The translations under genes and the position numbers were made by a program. Under the pieces are notes generated by a model. That model had not been told where the DNA came from. It saw only the letters and a list, made by a program, of their open reading frames with translations, and did no database searches. Below are positions 1 through 10,935 of a stretch of DNA of 60,000 nt, one piece after another. This stretch comes from Lytechinus pictus (taxonomy: Eukaryota). The stretch lies in NCBI RefSeq assembly GCF_037042905.1, contig NC_087245.1, positions 2,420,001 to 2,480,000 of the forward strand, read 5' to 3'. Numbering within the stretch: position 1 is the stretch's first letter; each line of letters begins with the position of its first letter.

Positions 1-721
1 TTGAAAACGTTTATTATTTTGTTGAGAGTCCATTTTTAATGCGCATGCGCGGTAAGTGATGGTGTCAACATTTTAATAACAATTGCTCCCAGACGTTAGC
101 GGAAGACAATAATACACTATCGGAAACCTGTCAAATTTATACATCAATGATGGAAAATTGTTAAATATCTGAATATCCTGCCTTTTGCTAAGTTCAGATT
201 GGTGTTTCATAGTCGTTCGTAAAGTCATTCGTATCTTACGAACAGCTTTATGAAACGCCCACCTGGTTTGATTCAACACTGATTGATTTTGACAAAAATG
301 CAAGACATGACTTACGTCAAAAAAAGAACAATTATAAATCAGCAGTCTGAATCAAGTAACTTCGCTTACATGAATTATTGCAATTTTACACAGGTATGTG
401 TAAAATGTAGTTACACGACCTCTTTTTATATAACCTACTTTGATTTTTCGCTGCTAGAAAATCTCAGGGCCACCCCTTAGTCGATTATCCCCACACACTT
501 CATGATGTTTCAATTCAATTTAATTCATTTTTTGGGTTTGCTGATATACATGTTTCGTCGTAAAAAATAAAATGTATATGTTTTACTATGGTAAGATGTA
601 CATGATATAAAATAAATTCAAATTTAAGAACATTTAATTACATAAATGGTACAGAAAAAAACACAAAATGTTTGATAAAAGTATTAATGATAAATGTCTA
701 TTTAAAAACGCGATAACTTAA

Positions 722-1430
722 AGGGCAGGTCACCCCAAAAAATGAATAGAATAAAAGAGAAAAATCTAACAAGTATGATACTGAATTTCATAAAAATCGG
801 ATGTAAAATAAGAAAGTTATGACATTTTAAAGTTTTGCTTAATTTCATAAAACATTTATATGCACATCCTGGTCGGTATGCAAATGAGGAGACTAATGAC
901 GTCATTTATTCAAAATTTCTCTTGTATTTGTTATATGAAATATTCTAATTTTTCCTCATTGTCAAGTGAAACGATTAATTCCTCCATGAACATGTGGAAT
1001 TAGCATTGTTAAATATATATGTATATATGGTTCAGTTAAGTTGGTCCTTATAATCAAAAATGTAAAAAATTAAATATTTTTAAATTCAGACAATTAAAAA
1101 AAGTGAGTGAAGGATATCATCGACTATCCGTTTTGCATGTCACTGTACTGTGCATATCACTGTTTTGTGAAAAATAAGCGAAACTTTAAAATTTAATAAT
1201 GTAGATTTCAATCAATAAAAACAAAAGAAATAGTGAGTGAGGGACATAATCGACTGCCTCATTTGCATGTAACTGAGGTTTGCATATCTCCGTTTAGTGA
1301 AAATAAGTGAAACTTTAAAATATCAAATCTTTCTTATTTTACATCCGATTTTGATGAAACTTTCAACGTTATGCTAGTTTGATTTTTCTCTATTTATTCA
1401 AATCACAATTTTCTGGGGTTGACTTGACCT
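722..1430. mobile_element. Non-autonomous DNA transposon (MITE) with TTAA flanks, Kolobok-like
   Basis: TTAA at 718-721 and 1431-1434. Imperfect TIRs AGGGCAGGTC-ACCCC / GGGGTTGACTTGACCT, and subterminal AAAATCGGATGTAAAATAAGAAAG inverted at the other end. The same family recurs at 2359 and 13097. Confidence 0.8.
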
Positions 1431-1592
1431 TTAAGATGTTTTTAAAATTAATTACAAAATTGCCGAGATTGTAGATTTAACATTGCAGAATTTTCAAATT
1501 ATCTTAAGATTAATGATATTCCTTAAGCGCCCGTACATTATTTGGAAGGGCACTGTATTGAAATTTGTTTGTCTTATACTTGAATAATTCTA

Positions 1593-1825
1593 CAATGCAA
1601 AAACTTTGGTGTTGATTTAACACCGGCCCGGAATCTATATATGTCCACACCAGACAAGTATTAAACAACACCAGTTTCGTTTTGGTCTAACACCAGATAT
1701 AGGTGTTTATACAACACCAATTAGTATCAAAACAGCATCGGTTTGATTCCAAACTGGTGTTTTTTTCAATACTTCTCTGGTGTGGACATGGCTGGTGATA
1801 AATCAACACCCGAGTTTTTGCAGTA
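1593..1825. mobile_element. Short palindromic MITE with CA(C/A)TGCAAAAACT termini (EnSpm/CACTA-like)
   Basis: TIRs caatgcaaaaact..ggtgttgattta / taaatcaacacc..agtttttgcagta; internal AACACCA repeats. A related truncated copy lies at ~13711-13935. Confidence 0.6.
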
Positions 1826-2762
1826 AATTGGTTTACATTTTGTAGATTGAAATTATTACTTCAGGTTGTTTTAAGTTATGTTACCAAAATGTGCAGGCAC
1901 ATCACGTTTTAACTGCACATATTGGTAACAAAAATGATCTTGCATGCACTATCGGCACATATTGGTTAAAAATTTATTTTACCAAAATGAGCCATAACAA
2001 GGGGCCACTTGATGATTCATCTTACAGTTCCTTCCGTTACGGGTGATACCGTATGCAGCGGGGGGGGGGGGGCAGAGGGGCAGTTATATCCCCCAAACAA
2101 TTTATAACTTTTTTTTACTGAAAACATTTACAAAATTAATCATAAGTGTGCACGATATCCTTCATTTTCACTTAAGAAAATGTAAAAGCGCCCCAATGGC
2201 AAGCTCAGTCGCTTCGCTCCCTCGCTTTTGGGTTTCATAAAAAATGTTAATACGTGTCCCCCCGGAAAAAATTTTGCGTACGACCATGGTCATCTCCCAA
2301 CCATGAACACAAATGGACACCCATGATAAGTTGAAATTTCATTTTGCCATATTTTTAAAGGACAAGTCCACCCCAACAAAAATTTTGTTTGAATAAAAAG
2401 AGAAAAATAAAACGAGCCTAACAATGAAAATTTCATCAAAATCGGTTGAAAAAAAAGTTATGACATTTTAAAGTTTCGCGTAATTAAAAAAAAAAGTTAT
2501 ATTCCCATTCTGGTCAGTATGCAAATGAGGAGACTGATAACATTATCCACTCACTATCTATTTTGTATTTCATTACTTGAAATATGATCATTTTCATTTT
2601 CTCATTGCCATGAGAAACAAACGTTTATTCCTTCCTGACCATGTGGAATTTCCATTGTTTTAATATTCTGTGGTTCAAACAAGAGGGTCCTTATTGTCAA
2701 ATCAGTAAAAATTGAATTATTGTATAATGCAAACAATAAAAAAAAATATCGAGTGAGGTACA

Positions 2763-3751
2763 TGTCAGGATAGAAATTTAATTACAGATGTATTTCAGTT
2801 AGAGCTCAAACATGTGTTTAAAATAGTTATTTGGTCCAGGTTAGGGTAGGCATGTAGACAAGCATGTACATATGTTTCGAATACTTTGAAAGCAAGCATT
2901 GGAAACGCTTGATACCCCCCCCCCCCTTTAGAGTACAAGTGTACCAGGTTTATGTCATATTTTATACAGGTGTTCGAAATATTTCTTATTAGAAGTATTT
3001 TCATACAGGTGTCGTAAATAACCTAAAGTGATCTAGCATTGATGAGTGTAGATGTATAGATACACAGGAAGTGTCTTTTATTAATAAGAATGTGTCGTTT
3101 ATGCACTCATCTGTTATCGAAATTCTTTGGATTACTTTTTAGAAATCTTACAGTTAGTCCTAGTAACGGTAGGGTATATTAGGAGGTTAATTTCGGTAAT
3201 TCAGAGAGAACCACCTAAGCTAGAATAGACTACAGATGTTCGTATAGGCAGTCTAAGTTATAACTGAGGGACTACGCCGGTGACGAGATAACGACCCCAG
3301 CTGCCGCCGGTTCTCCACCGACATGATTGGTCAAAATTCATGTCATCTTTGGGGGCTCGATCTCGTCCAATAATTCGTTGAAGCCACATCTCTGATCTGA
3401 GGGCTACTCATCAGGGGGCAACTGTCTGCGGAGGCCGAGGCCGAGTGGAAGAGACATCGCAAGCTGCGGAGGCCAGGAACTGGACCGACCACCAGGGCCG
3501 AGTGGGGCATGTCAAGCCAGAACAGATGATGTGGGCTCTATTCAACTATTGTTTTAAGTTAAGTTATATTTTGTTATATCCATGTATATTTCCATGTAAA
3601 TCATTGTAAAAGATATCAAAGGAAACCACATAATGATTTAAGAGCTTTGATTAAATCTTTTACTAACTGTATACCTCAGTTTTACATATTCCTTATTTGG
3701 CGTCAAGCAGCAGTAGTAAATAATTAAAAAAAAGTCACTTCCCACGTGACA
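2763..3751 (+). repeat. 5' LTR (989 bp)
   Basis: TGTCAGGA...CACGTGACA; direct repeat of 6869-7854. Confidence 0.95.
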
Positions 3752-3754
3752 ATT

Positions 3755-3772
3755 TGGAGGTCCCACCGAGAT
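3755..3772 (+). promoter_or_regulatory. Primer-binding site complementary to the tRNA-Gln 3' end
   Basis: TGGAGGTCCCACCGAGAT starts 3 nt after the LTR end. It is the reverse complement of ATCTCGGTGGGACCTCCA, the 3' 18 nt of metazoan tRNA-Gln including CCA. Confidence 0.92.
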
Positions 3773-5455
3773 ACTGCTGCTTGAAATTATTCAAAATTAT
3801 TTAGGAAAGAAATTAATCTGTGGTCATCTTTCCGAATGGATACTTTAATGATGGTCTATTGGTAATAGCTCTTAAAGTATTTCTCCCCAAGGTGTGCATT
3901 GAAGCCTTGGTACTATAATCATACTTGCTATGCTTGAATTTACATTTGGATAGTACAGTGAATTATTGTGGGAAATTTTCGCTAGGAAAATATATTTCAT
4001 ACCTTTTTTTTCGGCCGGGTAAACAGCATTTAGGGAAAGCAGACCCTGTTTTGATGCTATGGTATATAGTGGGCTGTTGGTCGTTAGGATAAAGGATATG
4101 TCGGGAAGAACTGTTTGTTCTTATTTCACATTACTGTCTATTCTTATGGGTAACTCGTTGGCATGGTAGCAAGTATTGAATGATACAAGTTTACGTGCTT
4201 GGATAGATTCCAGTGTTGAATTTGACTAGGCTTTGAATCCTCTTGTGTGAAGTGGATTGGTGTGGTTCCGCATGGTTTAATTGTATGCTCATTGGGAGAT
4301 ACATTCTAGTGTGCTTGCTAAAAAGCACTAGGGTTTGGCATGTGTTGCCAGGTGTTAAAGCTTTTGCTTTGTTTATGCGGATGGTTAAAGCCTGTTAGGA
4401 TATTTGAATTTGTTGGAATCTATAGTTAATAGCCGCTAAGGCTAGCATTGAACAAAAAAAATTCCACGTTAGGTAGGGAAATGGGCCTTGTTGGAGGCAT
4501 GTAGAATGGAGATCGATGGACACATATTGATGGTTAATTGTTTCTTCCGCTAAAAAAAACCCCCTTAATAACCCCCTTTCCTTGGTCTAATGTCTTCAGT
4601 AGTCTATTGCTTTTTAGACTTAAATTTGCTTGGATGAAATATAATACAGATTATTGATCTCATATTTGGAACTTTGGATTTCTGATCGAATATTTGTATC
4701 GCATGTGCTTTGATTAGAGAAGTTGTTCACATGGTTTGTGTATGCTCGCTAGGAGATACACGTTAGGGTGCTCAATGGGAGGCTCTAGGTTTGACATTGG
4801 ATGTCAGGTTTTATGTGGAGGCTTATAATTAAGCGGTTTATGGATACTAAATTATATTGCATTGAATTGGTGGTGTTTCGCATGTTTGGATATGGCTCTC
4901 AGCTAAGCGCGAGAAACCGTCCACATGGTCTAGGGTATTTGATCATGGGCGTTGGACGCCATGTGGAAAGGATTTTGCCAATTTTTATTGCACAGAAGTT
5001 CAAAATAACAGATTAAGAGGAAATTGTCTTTTTTTTTATAGGCGATATTGCATTTGATAGGCTTTAGATATTGCGTATGGTGGATAGGTGTTTCGCATGG
5101 TTGAATTTTGTACGCTCATTGGGAGGTACGTTCTAGTGTGCTTACTGGAAGGCACTAGGGGTTCAGGCATTGGTTGCCAGGTTTATGTGAAAACTGAAAG
5201 CCAAGAGAATATTTAAATCTTGTCAGATTTTAATGTTTACTCATTATATAGCTCATTAAAGCAGATTATAGGTTTATCAACTTTTGGTGAGGAAATAGGC
5301 TTTAGTAAATGGAATTTATTTAGTTTTGTCTCACTGGCTCTGTCAGGTGACAAAATGCGAAAGAGTGCGAATTCCAAATAAAAATACATAATGTAAAAAA
5401 GAACTTCTACTGGTGCAAATACAGTAGTTCGAATTTAACCCAATAAATATACTAC

Positions 5456-5535
5456 ATAATGATAATAATAATAATACTTAGGATTTATACAGCGTCTTAT
5501 ACATTTTTGGTCACATGCTCAAGGCGCTTAGAAAA
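5456..5535 (-). mobile_element. L2/SINE-type 3' tail fragment inside the LTR element interior
   Basis: Minus strand reads taagcgccttgagca...aagacgctgtataaat...(TAT)n, the same architecture as the L2 tail at 53566-53633. Confidence 0.55.
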
Positions 5536-6854
5536 CATCATAGGATTTAATGAATTAAATCAACACATAGTTAAGATTAAAAAACATTTCGAATTACATT
5601 CAAATTATATACACATGAATCATTTCACTTATTCTGTTTATATATACATATGACAGCTACTTCATGGAAGGTTTTCTCATTTCTTTCAGGAACCCTGGAA
5701 CCAGCACACAGCGTTCACATTTCAACAGGCTCTTCGCTGTTTTGTAACTTTTAGGTTAAGGAAACTGTGTTTGGTAGGGCTTAGTTATACATAGTATAGG
5801 TTAGTTTAGGGCCGATAGGTTTTAGTTAAGTTGATTAAGATTGTAAACGTAGTTTTAAGAACGTATATCTTGTTATTTCACAGAATTAAAATAACAAGCC
5901 AGAATTACTTAAAAAAAAAAATCTTCAGTCATTTTTATAACACTATATATTGTGTAATGTTTTAGACTGAATAATTTCACCTAAAAAAAAAAATATATAC
6001 ATTTTGAGATGCATCTTCGGTATAGATTTCAAAAGTAACAAAGTTTTCAATGATGTGTTAACAGTAAATCATTATACTGAACCACTTAGGATTTGAATGA
6101 TTATATTATACATATACACCTAGATTACTGTATTGTGAATATTTGAAAGAAAACTGGTTCTTTAATAAGAAATGTCAATTGTCTCTTCAACTATGAGACA
6201 TATTGTTTGTAATTTTTAATCTTTAAAACAAAAGTGAGACACTTATTTTGAAAAGGGATAGATTGATTTTCAATTAGCAAAGCAATGTTCAAAGTTATAA
6301 AAGACTTTATTATTGAAGCAATGTCTAACGGTTATATTATTGTATTTTTTATGTAGAATTTTAATCCATAATATAACATTAGTAAGAATCATTTTACTTC
6401 GTTAAAATACAGCTTTCAGAAAGTTTACTGATTTTTAAGTTAGACATCAATGTAGTTTTAAAGCATTGAATGTTTTTTGAGAAGTTTGCCGAATTTGATA
6501 GCTCTCTTTATTGATCTTTTACAAAACAAGATTTTCATAGATAGTAGAAATTAGTTCAAAATGTTTTGCAAAACCATTGACATTTAGACAGTGAAGGTTA
6601 CATTGTTATCTTTAAAAAAATAGTATCTTGTTTCAACAATATTATTTAAACAAAGATGGCTTATTGGAAATAAGCTCTTGTATATGTCTTTGCATGCTAC
6701 ATCTATACATATACCACTGTATATACTTAATGGATTATTCGTTTTATGATATGGATAATTAACGTTTTCATGAAATTGAGTAATATCTTGTTAAAGGAGA
6801 CTCTGTTATAAATTTCTTTAGTGGATATAATTCAGGTTCCCTTAATTTTATCTT

Positions 6855-6868
6855 AAGGTGGGGGATAT
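6855..6868 (+). promoter_or_regulatory. Polypurine tract (PPT)
   Basis: AAGGTGGGGGATAT immediately before the 3' LTR TG. Confidence 0.8.
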
Positions 6869-7854
6869 TGTCAGGATAGAAATTTAATTACAGATGTATT
6901 TCAGTTAGAGCTCAAACATGTGTTTAAAATAGTTATTTGGTCCAGGTTAGGGTAGGCATGTAGACAAGCATGTACATATGTTTCGAATACTTTGAAAGCA
7001 AGCATTGGAAACGCTTGATACCCCCCCCCTTTAGAGTACAAGTGTACCAGGTTTATGTCATATTTTATACAGGTGTTCGAAATATTTCTTATTAGAAGTA
7101 TTTTCATACAGGTGTCGTAAATAACCTAAAGTGATCTAGCATTGATGAGTGTAGATGTATAGATACACAGGAAGTGTCTTTTATTAATAAGAATGTGTCG
7201 TTTATGCACTCATCTGTTATCGAAATTCTTTGGATTACTTTTTAGAAATCTTACAGTTAGTCCTAGTAACGGTAGGGTATATTAGGAGGTTAATTTCGGT
7301 AATTCAGAGAGAACCACCTAAGCTAGAATAGACTACAGATGTTCGTATAGGCAGTCTAAGTTATAACTGAGGGACTACGCCGGTGACGAGATAACGACCC
7401 CAGCTGCCGCCGGTTCTCCACCGACATGATTGGTCAAAATTCATGTCATCTTTGGGGGCTCGATCTCGTCCAATAATTCGTTGAAGCCACATCTCTGATC
7501 TGAGGGCTACTCATCAGGGGGCAACTGTCTGCGGAGGCCGAGGCCGAGTGGAAGAGACATCGCAAGCTGCGGAGGCCAGGAACTGGACCGACCACCAGGG
7601 CCGAGTGGGGCATGTCAAGCCAGAACAGATGATGTGGGCTCTATTCAACTATTGTTTTAAGTTAAGTTATATTTTGTTATATCCATGTATATTTCCATGT
7701 AAATCATTGTAAAAGATATCAAAGGAAACCACATAATGATTTAAGAGCTTTGATTAAATCTTTTACTAACTGTATACCTCAGTTTTACGTATTCCTTATT
7801 TGGCGTCAAGCAGCAGTAGTAAATAATTAAAAAAAAGTCACTTCCCACGTGACA
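6869..7854 (+). repeat. 3' LTR (986 bp)
   Basis: The differences from the 5' LTR that I spotted by eye are a poly-C length change (12 vs 9 C) and one A/G substitution (tttacatatt vs tttacgtatt). Confidence 0.95.
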
Positions 7855-8739
7855 GTACATCATTCTCCCATTTGCATATTACTGAGTTATTCATATAACT
7901 GTTTGGGGAAAAATAAGCGAAACTTTTAAATGTCATAACTTTCTTCTTTTTCGTCAGATTTTGATGAAATTTTCAGCATTATGATTGTTTGATATTTCTC
8001 TATTGATTCAAATCAGCTTTCTTCAAGGGCAAACTTCACATTTAAGAGAGAATCGAGAATAATGAGAAACTGAAATGTTTCAAGTTTATATAAACATTGA
8101 AAAATTATTAAAGGACTAAGAACAAGTTTAAGATGAATGAAATAACATTGTAGATCACAACGTCAAACAGGAATTTTTCGACACATTCCTAGATTTGTAA
8201 GAACTTGTATATATTCATCTGCATTCTTAACTTGAATGATCCCTTAAAAAAAGGAATTCCAATCGGTAAATGCTAGATTTGACGCTTCGATAATCACTGA
8301 CTATTTTGAATGCTAACTGGCTCGTTTTTTAAATTCAATGAAAAGAACACACAAACCTTCGACAAACATCCTAAATCTCATAAAAATAAAAATATTTGCA
8401 CGGCAAAACCGATCTACGCTAATTCAAATGCCAAAAATATTGCTTCAAATGAAAATCGCGTGAATTTCGCCGGGAAATCCTATACATCAAGCAACGCATC
8501 GGCTTCACACACTTTTTGCAGTAACGTGTCTGATAAAAACAGAATAAAGATTACAACAAAAAATCATCAATATCATACATAATCATAAATGATATCAAAA
8601 TTTGAGTCATTATCAAGGCAATGCATAGTAGCATAAATAAACAATTTTTTTTACACAAGTGAAAACTTGAAAATGACTATCAGAACGGAAAAAATATAGA
8701 TATAAACTACAAATCCTATCATGTATTCACTGGATAAAC

Positions 8740-9143
8740 CACTGAACTGAAATTAATAATTCATTAATAGTGGAACTATACGAAATTGAAATTGGGTGAA
8801 ACATTAAGTATATATTAATATATTTCCAGCGTGAAGGCTTTTACGACTCAGTTATTACACACATACACGCACACACACACCCTTACATGCGTATAAATCA
8901 AGTTCAAAATGGCGCCACATAATATTCACTGAAAAACCCCCACTAAACTGAAAGTAACGATTCACTTAGGGGAACTACTAGTATACGAAATAGACATTGG
9001 ATGAAACAATAACTATAAAGTAATAGGCCTACATCGTCATGTCCAGCGTGGGCTTTCACTTTTCAATTAACTCACACACATACACCGACATCCACCCTCA
9101 CACGCACACATGCATATAGAACAAGTTCAAAATGGCGCTACAT
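8740..9143. repeat. Degenerate ~200-bp tandem duplication ending in CAAGTTCAAAATGGCG
   Basis: The block ccact(g/a)aactgaaa...ggaacta...gaaaca...ccagcgtg...acacacatacac...caagttcaaaatggcg(c) occurs twice (8740-8921, 8940-9143). Confidence 0.7.
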
Positions 9144-9803
9144 TGTTGTGCCATTAAGTAGAATCCAAGTTCGGAGTGAGGGAAAGGGAATGATGAAATC
9201 AAATATGAATATAGGAATAGTCCAGTGCCTTATAGGCGGCCGTAAGGCGAGTCGAAAAACCAGCTAAATTTGTAGGTTCTTTGAATGAAAATAAATAAAC
9301 CGCCGTTTCGACTCGCCGTATGGTCGCCGTAGGGGAAGTGTGACTGCGCCATCAGCGAATCCACCAGATATCACACAACATAACATTAACAAAATCTAAA
9401 AGTATAAAGTTTCAGAATCAATTGAGACATACACATAGTTAAAAGGAAATGTCCTTGATATCGATAAAAATAGACTACACACATCTATGTACATTCTAAA
9501 GGTATTGACATCTTATTAATACACACATATACTATATACCAACATTGTATTTAAAATTGGCGCCTCGAAATGGCGTCATAATAATAGCAACACATCCGAT
9601 TCAAAATGACGCCACAAAGATGTCACCAAAATCCTTGGAGAATTGAAATAAAATGAAAAATAAAGCGGTAAAATCGTATATCATTATATATGACGACTAT
9701 TCAATGTCTTAATCCTGTGCGAACATGAAAAAATGGTACATGATATAGCATATCGTTATATTGTGTATATAGGCCCTACAGAATAAAACGGAAGTTCACT
9801 CAC

Positions 9804-9900
9804 CGAATATGACAAAATTGTGAAGAGAATTGAACTGGGGTTCGTATTTATACGATACCATGACCTGGTCCCCCACCTTTGACCATGACCACTGAACTGC
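9804..9900 (-). promoter_or_regulatory. Candidate TATA promoter with a very short non-coding first exon
   Basis: Minus strand: TATAAATA at 9852-9845; nuclear-receptor half-sites AGGTCA, TGGTCAAAGGTG and AGTTCA at 9861-9898; consensus donor G|GTGAGT at 9804/9803. A strong acceptor tctttattctgtttttatcag lies downstream at 8530. Confidence 0.35.
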
Positions 9901-10935
9901 ATCCATTGACTTAAGGGAAATCTTCTTAAGTAGCTTAAATATCTTTTATAACATTGTCTTTCTATAGCTCACTGGGAGACTTCTTTGTAATGATAGGTTA
10001 ACTAGTCCACTTTAAAAAATATCTTAGTCTTACTCCCCAAATACCCAATTTGACATCATGCATAAGTAATTTTTGTCATTATCATTATGATTTATTACTA
10101 TTGTCATGATTGTCATTATTATTACTAAAAATACAAAGTTTAGATGGAATGAGATGAAGTTGTTGGATAAAAATATGGAATTCAAATATATTTATTATCA
10201 TGCAATTCCCGATTTGTCTCTTATTTTTCTATAAGAGTTTAAACTTTTAGACTACGCAATTTGAAAACGGGGCAGTGCCGGTATCTTAAATGGGGAGGGT
10301 AAGGTGTGAACAACAGGGGTAGTATAAGGGACGTCGCTGAACCATTTCCAGGGGGGGGGGTGGAGGCCCTTGATTACCGACAGGTATCGGTACCAATTAC
10401 CCCCACGTCCGACGACTACGAGGTAGTCATCGTATTCCCATGGAGGTCAGCGACTCATTAAAAGGACATATATCTCACTAATTGTCGATGTGAGCTGGAA
10501 TCACGAGATAATAATTTTGACATTCCGACCTGACATTCTAAACACGCTTTTGATTGATAAAGAATAACAAACAATTATTGCAGTAGCGAAGCGCGATCTG
10601 AATTTTTCCTAGATTTTTACCTAAAACGGGACATTTTATAAATTTTTTAATTATGAAAAGAAAGCGTGTCATGCCCAATAAATGATATTAGTGCAAAACG
10701 AGAGCTGAAGACCTTTGAAATCTTTACTTGACAATTTATTACTGAGGGCAAGTTGTGTATTTCAAGAAACAATACGAGCGCGAGCCAATATTTTGTGTAT
10801 ACTGACCCAAAATCATGAAAATGGTAACTTTTTAAGCACTGTTTAACATGAAGGGACATTTTTATATGAAACTCAATCACTAAATTAAGGATTAGAGCGC
10901 GAAGCCCGAGCAGATTTTTTTGGGCAATTTAGAAC

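Larger units (their letters stand above)
2763..7854 (+). mobile_element. Non-autonomous LTR retrotransposon (no gag/pol), recent insertion
   Basis: Two direct LTRs with TG...CA ends; 5-bp TSD GTACA (2758-2762 and 7855-7859); PBS after the 5' LTR; PPT before the 3' LTR. The 3117-bp interior has no ORF longer than 71 aa in the track. Confidence 0.95.
2359..8041. mobile_element. Kolobok-like TTAA MITE split by the LTR element
   Basis: Left part 2359-2762 starts TTAA|AGGACAAGTCCACCCC. Right part 7855-8041 ends before TTAA at 8042-8045. Rejoining the halves across the GTACA TSD restores gagtgaggtacatcat, matching gagtgagggacataat in the 722-1430 copy. Confidence 0.8.

Noticed and set aside
2795..3004. 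Duplicated 68-69 aa ORF (also 6901-7107)
   Set aside because: The duplication only reflects the two LTRs. The ORF is antisense and has no recognisable protein features.
8310..8582. 90-aa plus-strand ORF
   Set aside because: No recognisable motif or plus-strand splice context; the signals here fit a minus-strand non-coding exon better.
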